Below, piece after piece: positions 57,294 through 64,000 of a stretch of 64,000 nt of DNA. The stretch comes from Candidatus Levyibacteriota bacterium. Its GTDB lineage: Bacteria; Patescibacteriota; Microgenomatia; Levybacterales; UBA12049. Location: positions 6,782-70,781 of the forward strand of contig JBEKQZ010000002.1 in assembly GCA_049519175.1 (NCBI GenBank), read 5' to 3'. The notes beneath the pieces were generated by a model. That model was not told where the DNA came from, did no database searches, and saw only the letters and a program-made list of their open reading frames with translations. How positions within the stretch are numbered: position 1 is the stretch's first letter; the number at the start of each line of letters is the position of its first letter. The position numbers were made by a program, and so were the translations under genes.

Positions 57294-58213
57294 CTCTTTT
57301 AATTAAACAACAATTAGGAAACAACATGCAAGAAAAACAATTTAATTACCTCTTGATAATTCAGGACTAAGAGCATAAAATGGTTTTTAAGAGTAACCTA
57401 TAATTTATTACCAACAAACACTTTCTGAGTAGGTTTGCGAAGAATTGAGATTTTTAACTAATTGAGCGACAAGCGAAAATCGGCACAAATTGATACGAAA
57501 ATAAAACGAAACCACATCAAGAAGGCTACATTTACCCACCTTGATTATGAAAGCGAAGCAATTAAATACTAAAGGATAAATTTTGGCAGTTGAAAATGCT
57601 ACATGCTACGTATCGGAAATGAACATTTAGCACTATCAACGTTAGAAAATTAAAAATCTTTTGCTAACAAAGTGCTTACTTTACTTGTTAGAATTATTAA
57701 ATTCCATTCTAAAGCTTATGTTTGTGAAAATAAATTAATGACTACAGAAATTTCCTATTGCTTATTGCGGTAAATACTCGGTAAATTTTACTATTTAGCT
57801 TCAATTATACTAGAAAAATTTTAGAATGAGCATAATCTTGTTTTTTCACGAACTTTTCTAAGTCCACCAGTAAAGCTTTTTCAAGATAATTTACTGTGTA
57901 TCTACTCTGTTCTATATCATTCTATATATTTTACTATCTTTTGCTATTTTACGTTTTTAGCATTTGAATGAAAACATTTTCTATCGTTTTCTTTCAAATT
58001 AGAATATCTTATAATAATCGCTAGTATTTATTGACTATGGCATCGGATACAATTACCTCTATGTAGTTTTTCCTTGGACTTTTTGGATTAATTCCTTTAT
58101 ATAGTATCCACCTTGCCGCATTAGTAATGGAGTTTTAATTTAGATTTAATGAAAAGTTAATGAACGGTTCTTGTTTATTTATTTACTACCGTTATTGATA
58201 AAGTTCGGGAACT
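57294..58213. other. ~920-bp AT-rich region with no ORF of 60 aa or more on any strand
   Basis: There is a marked drop in GC relative to the flanks, no periodic repeats, and no rRNA/tRNA signatures. Confidence 0.5.
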
Positions 58214-58927
58214 TTAAGAGCTAAACTTTGCTTTTAAAACCAGGAAGATAAACTTTATTAAAGATAGTTGCCGCTTAATCCTCCAGGGTTGAACAATTAG
58301 TCTAAATAACCATTCCAACCCCAACTTTCTTAGAATCAGAGGCGCTCTAGTGACTTTGCCGCTTAAAAAATCAAAAGCGCCGCCTACTCCGACGACAACT
58401 TTTGCCGGGAGAGTATCTAAGTTGTCAGCGATCCAAATTTCCTGTTTTGGCGACCCAAAAGCCACAAAAAGAAGGTCTACTTTTTTATCTTTTAAGCCTT
58501 CCGACCATTCACTTGCAACCATGCCAACTTTTAAACCCGGGTACTTTTTCTTTAAGCACTCCACTGTTTTCTCTGCTACGCCAGGCCCGGCACCGAGAAA
58601 GCCCACCGTTATAGGCCGATCTGATACTTCCTTACAGAGGTTTTCCATTAGGTCAACTCCCTGAATTCTTTGCTCTAATGGTTTTCCGACTACTCGAGCT
58701 CCAATCATGATACCGATGCCGTCGGGTAAGGCTAATTTTGCCCCATTCAAGATGTCTCTATACTTAGCGTTACTGTTGGCAATGACCAAAAGTTCAGGGT
58801 TTGGAGTAACGATGTAGTATTTTTTCGTCTGTTGCCCTAGACCTGTAACAATAAACTCTAGGATTTCTTTCTCTGTTCCCTTTGTCAGCCCTACTCCGAG
58901 CAATGATATTTTCTCAAAATTCTTCAT
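58214..58927 (-). CDS. WecB/TagA/CpsF-family glycosyltransferase
   Basis: ISLLGVGLT...IVTPNPELL...ALPDGIGIM...FLGAGPGVAE...FVAFGSPKQEIWI is the TagA/WecG family pattern. The track ORF extends to 59032, but the family N-terminus points to the Met at 58927. Confidence 0.8.
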   Translation of the reverse strand: MKNFEKISLLGVGLTKGTEKEILEFIVTGLGQQTKKYYIVTPNPELLVIANSNAKYRDILNGAKLALPDGIGIMIGARVVGKPLEQRIQGVDLMENLCKEVSDRPITVGFLGAGPGVAEKTVECLKKKYPGLKVGMVASEWSEGLKDKKVDLLFVAFGSPKQEIWIADNLDTLPAKVVVGVGGAFDFLSGKVTRAPLILRKLGLEWLFRLIVQPWRIKRQLSLIKFIFLVLKAKFSS

Positions 58928-59160
58928 TTTGCTATAAGACTTTTTTCTGATTTTTGAAAACTGAAAAACGTCTTTTATGAGCATTTTTATTGTCCAGGAT
59001 TTCTTCCTTGACATTTCGCATGAGCATTCCAAACTTGCCCATTTTACAAAGAACTGTCAGTTTAAATACTATAATCCTTATTACTGTGAAAAATTTGTTT
59101 AAAAATGGCTTTCTTTTTAGTATTTATTGTTGTCTCTAAATTAATATAAGACATTATTAT

Positions 59161-60180
59161 TTATTTTTTGGCAATGCTTCTTTTATACAATTCTATATTC
59201 TCCAGCGCTACGCCGGTTCCCCGGACAACGCATAACAGCGCGTCTTCCGCCATATGGCACGGGACGCCGGTAACTTTGGTCATTAGTTTATCAAAATTGG
59301 TCAGAAGCGATGTGCCGCCCGACATCACCACGCCTTTGTCGATAATGTCGCTGGCCAATTCCGGCGGAGTTTGTTCCATGACGCCTTTGACCGCCGAAAT
59401 AATATCGATTAAAACCGGATAGATGGCTTCGTTAATTTGGCCTTCGTTTAACTCGACTGTCCGGGGCAAACCGGTAATCGAATCCCGGCCACGGATTTCC
59501 TTTTTGAGTTGATCGGAAACCTTTTTGTCGTCTAAATACGCGTTGGCCATCTCAATTTTAATTTCTTCGGCTGTGCGCTCCCCAATTAACAAATTAAACT
59601 TCTTCTTGATATAGTTAGCGATCGCCTCGTCAATTTTATTGCCACCGACGCGCACGGAATTGTGCACCACTACGCCGCCCAAGGAAATAACCGCCGCCTC
59701 GGTTGAACCACCGCCGATATCTACCACCATATGCCCTGCCGGTTGAGCAATCGGCACTTTTGCGCCAATGGCGGCGGCCAATGGCTCTTCGATTAGATAA
59801 GCCACTTTTGCCCCGGCTGCCATCGTCGCATCCAAAACTGCTCTTCTTTCTACCTGTGTCACGCCCGACGGAATACACACCATCACTTCGGGTTTAAAAA
59901 AACGCGACTTGCCGGCCGCTTTATCGATAAAATAAGACAGCATCGCTTCGGTAATGGTGTAATCGGCAATGACGCCGTCGCGAAGTGGCCTTAAAGCAAT
60001 GATATTCCCCGGAGTTCGCCCAAGCATTTCCTTGGCTTCTTTGCCGACGGCGACGACGCGGTTTTCTTCAACCGTGACTGCCACCACAGTTGGTTCGTTC
60101 AGAACAATTCCTTCTCCGGCTACATAAACCAGAGTATTAGCAGTCCCTAAGTCAATACCAATTCTCTTAGAGAATGCCAT
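59161..60180 (-). CDS. MreB-family actin homologue, second paralogue
   Basis: IGIDLGTANTLVYV, DIGGGSTEAAVISL and MSGGTS motifs. A strong SD (GGAGG) lies 8 nt upstream. Confidence 0.9.
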   Translation of the reverse strand: MAFSKRIGIDLGTANTLVYVAGEGIVLNEPTVVAVTVEENRVVAVGKEAKEMLGRTPGNIIALRPLRDGVIADYTITEAMLSYFIDKAAGKSRFFKPEVMVCIPSGVTQVERRAVLDATMAAGAKVAYLIEEPLAAAIGAKVPIAQPAGHMVVDIGGGSTEAAVISLGGVVVHNSVRVGGNKIDEAIANYIKKKFNLLIGERTAEEIKIEMANAYLDDKKVSDQLKKEIRGRDSITGLPRTVELNEGQINEAIYPVLIDIISAVKGVMEQTPPELASDIIDKGVVMSGGTSLLTNFDKLMTKVTGVPCHMAEDALLCVVRGTGVALENIELYKRSIAKK

Positions 60181-60414
60181 AGAACCTCCTTAAGCTATTT
60201 CCAGCTTGCCCCGCATGAATGCCCTTGCGATACGTGGATGTAAGCCACGAGAGCAAGAAAGTTTCGTGTGGGGTTCCCAAGTCTATACCGATGCGTTTTG
60301 AAAGCGCCATAAAAATTAAAACGCGCGAAAAAACCGTATCAAAATATATAGTTAATCTATCAAAATTTAACTACAGCTTCCGGCTTTTTTGATTATAGAA
60401 CTCCTTCATACTTC

Positions 60415-60444
60415 TTGCAAGAGCTACTTAGCAAGTTGTATAAT
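60415..60444 (+). promoter_or_regulatory. promoter TTGCAA-N18-TGTATAAT for the PEGA/TolB-like gene (near-leaderless)
   Basis: The -10 ends 12 nt before the ATG at 60457. Confidence 0.45.
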
Positions 60445-60456
60445 CCAAATTGCGCT

Positions 60457-61662
60457 ATGAAGAAATTAATCATTCCCATCTTAATCGTTTTGTTTTTACT
60501 GACAGGAACGGTCGTCGTCGTATTGCTTGGTCGGGGCTATGGTTTAAATCTTAATGGCAGCGGCCCAATTTTATCGGGAACCGGCCTGCTGGTAGCTACG
60601 AGCTCGCCTGACGGCGCGCAGGTGATTATTAACGGTCATTTGACCACCGCCACCGACAACACCATTAATCTCGTGCCGGGCAATTATGACGTTAAGATTT
60701 ACAAAGAGGGCTATTTCCCGTGGGAAAAAAATATTATTGTTAAAAAAGAAGTTGTCAGCAAGGCCGATGCTCTGCTTTTTCCAACCGCTCCACAGCTGGT
60801 CAGCATTACCAATGTCGGCGTTTTAAATCCGGTCATTGACCCAAGTCTTAGTAAAATTGCTTATGCCGTCGCCAGCCAATCGGCGGTCAAAAATGGCATT
60901 TATGTTTTGGATATGAGTGTTAGGCCGATTTTGACTTTGCAAAATGCTTCCTCGCAAATCGTTCAGGACGTCACCAATGATTTTTCGACTTCCACTTTCA
61001 CCTGGTCACCAGACAGCGTCCAAATTTTAGCCACTAGCAACAAAGGTGATACTGTTACCAAATATCTTTTGGATACGAATACGCTTAACCAAGATCCGCA
61101 AGACGTCACGGAAACTATCGACTCTGTCAACAACTCCTGGCAAAAGATGCAGTCTGATAAAGACACCGCTCAATTAAACAGTCTCCCTAAGGCTTTACGT
61201 ACAGTTGTCACCCAAAACTTTAATATCTTGCAATGGTCAGCCGACGAAACCAAAATTTTATATCAGGCGTCGCAGTCGGCCACAATTCCACTGATAATTA
61301 ACCCGCCATTGATTGGCACCGACTCGACACCTCAAGTCAGAAATATTAATAAAGGCGAAGTTTACGTTTACGATATTAAAGAAGACCGAAATTATTTGAT
61401 TTTATCCGCTCTGCCAACGCCTCAATTTGACAATGGCGAATTACCGATTATGTGGTATCCGGATTCCAAACATTTGGTTTATGTTCACGACGGCCGGATT
61501 GATATGATGGAATACGACGCAGGCAACCAAACCACGGTTTACGCCGGACCGTTTGTTGATGATTATGTTTTTCCGTGGCCAGACGCAACCCAATTGGTAA
61601 TTTTGACTAATCTTGGCAACCCCAATATCGTCCCAAATCTCTACACGATTGGCTTAAAGTAA
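60457..61662 (+). CDS. membrane-anchored PEGA-domain + TolB-like (PD40 beta-propeller) protein
   Basis: N-terminal TM. The PEGA motif is SSPDGAQVIINGHLTTATDNTINLVPGNYDVKIYKEGYFPWEKNI. PD40-like repeats follow (WSPDSVQILATS, WSADETKILY, WYPDSKHLVYVHDGRIDMMEYDAGN). The track ORF begins at TTG 60415. Confidence 0.6.
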   Translation: MKKLIIPILIVLFLLTGTVVVVLLGRGYGLNLNGSGPILSGTGLLVATSSPDGAQVIINGHLTTATDNTINLVPGNYDVKIYKEGYFPWEKNIIVKKEVVSKADALLFPTAPQLVSITNVGVLNPVIDPSLSKIAYAVASQSAVKNGIYVLDMSVRPILTLQNASSQIVQDVTNDFSTSTFTWSPDSVQILATSNKGDTVTKYLLDTNTLNQDPQDVTETIDSVNNSWQKMQSDKDTAQLNSLPKALRTVVTQNFNILQWSADETKILYQASQSATIPLIINPPLIGTDSTPQVRNINKGEVYVYDIKEDRNYLILSALPTPQFDNGELPIMWYPDSKHLVYVHDGRIDMMEYDAGNQTTVYAGPFVDDYVFPWPDATQLVILTNLGNPNIVPNLYTIGLK

Positions 61663-61726
61663 ATTTCTAATTTCTGATTCTTAATTTCTAATCAAAACTC
61701 AATTCTCTATTTTGCCAACACATAAG

Positions 61727-61883
61727 CCGAATGCCTGAAAACTTGAGTGAGCTTGCAAAATTTTGGATGCTTTCCTTCGAATTCCTTAACGAGGAACGTG
61801 CGTTATTTTAGTATGAGCGGAAAGCGAGAAAATTTTCTGCAAGAGAACGGAATCTGCAATACGTGTTTACCGACTGAAGCTAG
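61727..61883. repeat. repeat family 2, second full copy
   Basis: See 56248-56404. It lies in the convergent gap between the PEGA/TolB gene and the sortase gene, and is preceded by a family-3 AT-rich repeat at 61661-61705. Confidence 0.7.
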
Positions 61884-61894
61884 AATTGCATCAA

Positions 61895-62602
61895 TTATTT
61901 TGGTTGTGCAAACACCAATAATCTCTGCAGAGTAGTTCCTGGCGGCCAGCAGGTTTGCAAGATGAGTTGTTGTTTATCTTGATTTTGAGAATTGACCAAA
62001 TAAGATACATCCGACGGGCTGACGATTTTTGATCCAGTTACGATATAGTTGTAGCGCTTATTTTGGTAGAAAATGACTACTTCATCCCCTTTATTTAAGT
62101 CTTTGAGTAGGTAAAAAACGGCGTTGTAGCGTCCGACATCCCAAAAGTTATCGGTAGAATGCGCAAACAGATAAACATTGCCATTCATGCCCGGAAAAAC
62201 TGTTCCCGCGGCATGCGCAACGCCTTGCATTAGAATTGGCAAGAAGACATTTTGATTGCTAATATCCACGTTCGGAAACACCTTGGCGCTGGCACCAATT
62301 TTAGGAATTATGATCGAAAAATTAGGATCTTTGGGAACAAGCACCTGCTCTTGCGGACCGGCTAGCACATCGGCAAAACTGGCTGTTCCACCAGATAATT
62401 GTGTTGTTTGAGCTTGAGTTATTGGCAGTTGAGGAGTCTGACTGACAACATAATGCACTCCCCTCGCCTCAACTATATGGAAAGCTACTTCGTAATAAAT
62501 TGCCGGACCAAAAGTAGCTAAAATGCCGAAGATGGCAAACAGAACCAAAAAATTCCCAATGGTTCTAAGTATAAAAAACCTAAGCATTTCTTTTCTCGTC
62601 AT
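61895..62602 (-). CDS. sortase-family transpeptidase
   Basis: N-terminal TM, His in NVYLFAHST, the catalytic Cys in LILQTCWPPG (TLxTC-like), and a downstream Arg. Confidence 0.65.
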   Translation of the reverse strand: MTRKEMLRFFILRTIGNFLVLFAIFGILATFGPAIYYEVAFHIVEARGVHYVVSQTPQLPITQAQTTQLSGGTASFADVLAGPQEQVLVPKDPNFSIIIPKIGASAKVFPNVDISNQNVFLPILMQGVAHAAGTVFPGMNGNVYLFAHSTDNFWDVGRYNAVFYLLKDLNKGDEVVIFYQNKRYNYIVTGSKIVSPSDVSYLVNSQNQDKQQLILQTCWPPGTTLQRLLVFAQPK

Positions 62603-62632
62603 AAAAATAAAATATTATTGTTTACCAACAAG

Positions 62633-62704
62633 TGCCCTTGAGGGGAATTGAACCTCTATCTGCGCCTTAGGAGTGCGCTGCTCTATCCGTTGAGCTACAA
62701 GGGC
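62633..62704 (-). tRNA. tRNA-Arg (anticodon CCU)
   Basis: Reverse complement GCCCTTGTAGCTCAACGGATAGAGCAGCGCACTCCTAAGGCGCAGATAGAGGTTCAATTCCCCTCAAGGGCA. The acceptor is GCCCTTG/CAAGGGC and the anticodon loop is CUCCUAA. Confidence 0.85.
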
Positions 62705-62739
62705 TTTTTACTTACACAAGTTTATCCAAATTCATTAAC

Positions 62740-63369
62740 CTATGCAATAGCTAGAGCAAATGCTTTATTAATTCCTTTTACCTGCTTAAGCAGGTCTCCA
62801 CCTTTTAATACTCTCACTCTACACATTCCGTATTCCAATTTTCCCTTTTTTTTGCCGTGCAGCACATCAACATTTATAAATTTTTCTTTTTTTATGCCCA
62901 CTATTCGTGACCAAAAATTTAAACACCTATCTCTATCCAGATCCTCATATATTCTGATACTTATACGCAATCTGTCATTTTGAATATTAAAAACGTTTCT
63001 TAAAACATTTATAAATGATTTAATTAATTCTGGATCTGTGTTAGATAAACCGAAATCCTTTTTGCTTCCCTCACCCCAATATAATGCGCAGGCAAACAGC
63101 ATTTTTTCTTTTGAAGACAAGTTCTCTACAACCTTACGTCCGTCTAAAAATGCCTGCTTTTCTTTTAGTATTTTTCTGTATCTACTACCAACTCGTTTGG
63201 CTTCCCAAAGCTTTATAAATTCCGGTAAGATTTGTACATTTTTTATATATCTAAATACCGTAGTCTTCGGAACTTCTAACTCCCTGCTAATCTCAGGCAA
63301 GCTGTATCCTAAAGATCTTAAATTCTTAATTTTTAGCACTTTATCATTATCCAAAGCAGGTTTACCCAT
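62740..63369 (-). CDS. HTH-domain protein with a possible degenerate LAGLIDADG-like motif (putative free-standing homing-endonuclease-like gene between two tRNAs)
   Basis: The N-terminal HTH is LRSLGYSLPEISRELEVPKTTVFRYIKN. A central ALYWGEGSKKD resembles the intron HE motif GLTDGEGCF. The gene is flanked by tRNA-Arg and tRNA-Pro. Confidence 0.45.
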   Translation of the reverse strand: MGKPALDNDKVLKIKNLRSLGYSLPEISRELEVPKTTVFRYIKNVQILPEFIKLWEAKRVGSRYRKILKEKQAFLDGRKVVENLSSKEKMLFACALYWGEGSKKDFGLSNTDPELIKSFINVLRNVFNIQNDRLRISIRIYEDLDRDRCLNFWSRIVGIKKEKFINVDVLHGKKKGKLEYGMCRVRVLKGGDLLKQVKGINKAFALAIA

Positions 63370-63472
63370 AAACTCAGAATATAGTATTGGAATTAACTTG
63401 TCAATCTAAGAAGTGAACCTATTCCCAATTGCACTTTATCCATTATTAAATGATAAAATGGTTATTGTAAAA

Positions 63473-63544
63473 CGGAGTGTAGTGAATCGGCATCACGCTG
63501 CGTTCGGGACGCAGAAATAGAGGGTTCAATTCCCTCCACTCCGA
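63473..63544 (+). tRNA. tRNA-Pro (anticodon CGG)
   Basis: CGGAGTGTAGTGAATCGGCATCACGCTGCGTTCGGGACGCAGAAATAGAGGGTTCAATTCCCTCCACTCCGA. C1-G72, anticodon loop UUCGGGA (G37), and T-loop TTCAATT. Confidence 0.85.
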
Positions 63545-63594
63545 CAAGTTGTAATATCTTTCAAAACCTGTTTAAATAAATTAGAGGATAAATT

Positions 63595-64000
63595 ATGGCA
63601 GAAGGAAAAGGCGATGTCGTAAACCCGTTTCTTGTAGGTGAAGGAGGAATAGCACTTAGAAAACGCCTGCTTGGAGAGGACGCTGATGTTGAAGCTCCAA
63701 AAACTCCAGTGGAAAAACCTTCATCCCCAGAGACTCATCCCGCTTCAGAACTCTTAGTTGAAAAGTCTTTGGGTACCTCTCCCGTTCCGGGAATGTCGCC
63801 GAAAGAATTAGCCCGCAGGGCCCGTGAGCGCCAAGATCGTACGCTTGACCAAGACCTGGCAAAAATAAGAGAACCGAACCTGATCCAGAAAGTGATCGGC
63901 GGAGCTATTAGAAGTTTTCAGGAAAGAAGAAAGCTTATTAAAACAGTTGGCACAACTCCATCAGCCGAATTTACAACTATCCCTCCACTAGTAGAAACAG
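63595..64000 (+). CDS. hypothetical protein (partial; runs off the window end)
   Basis: ATG at 63595 with an upstream GAGGAT RBS. MAEGKGDVVNPFLVGEGG... stays open to the window end. Confidence 0.45.
   Translation, partial: MAEGKGDVVNPFLVGEGGIALRKRLLGEDADVEAPKTPVEKPSSPETHPASELLVEKSLGTSPVPGMSPKELARRARERQDRTLDQDLAKIREPNLIQKVIGGAIRSFQERRKLIKTVGTTPSAEFTTIPPLVET

Noticed and set aside
57294-58213. Possible CRISPR array or rRNA fragment in the AT-rich gap
   Set aside because: There are no periodic direct repeats and no rRNA motifs. The composition is inconsistent with stable RNA.
61747-61935. 62-aa plus ORF
   Set aside because: It lies inside the repeat family 2 copy and is probably not coding.
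63038-63409. 123-aa plus ORF
   Set aside because: It is antisense to the HTH/LAGLIDADG-like gene.

Overview
The window reads as a Candidate Phyla Radiation (Patescibacteria)-style chromosome segment at roughly 40-45% GC. The hypothesis of an undescribed system rests mainly on three observations. The mreB-mreC-mreD-mrdA operon (12.6-18.6 kb, minus strand) carries nested cassette insertions, bounded by short direct repeats that regenerate the MreB C-terminus (…GGLK*). Two novel intergenic repeat families look like structured RNAs, and family 1 shows compensatory base changes. A 16-kb island (39.8-56.2 kb) holds paralogous secreted and anchored surface proteins with a sortase nearby.

Other notable features: the 16S rRNA gene (minus strand) is unlinked from 23S and split by two introns, one encoding a LAGLIDADG homing endonuclease. 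The tRNA-Thr/Tyr/Thr/rpmG/Trp cluster lacks tuf and carries a zinc-ribbon/NUMOD3/PD-(D/E)XK homing-endonuclease-like gene. A 2-kb block of hypothetical genes splits secE-nusG-rplK-rplA from rplJ-rplL, and rpoBC does not follow rplL. A giant Gly/Thr-rich gene has a 531-bp in-frame internal duplication, an ORF-free AT-rich 0.9-kb region sits at 57.3-58.2 kb, and there is a second mreB paralog.

Housekeeping genes include topA, def-fmt, purF, prs, galU, galT, rpmB, rpmG and an ABC transporter. I found no CRISPR array and no recognisable transposase or integrase.
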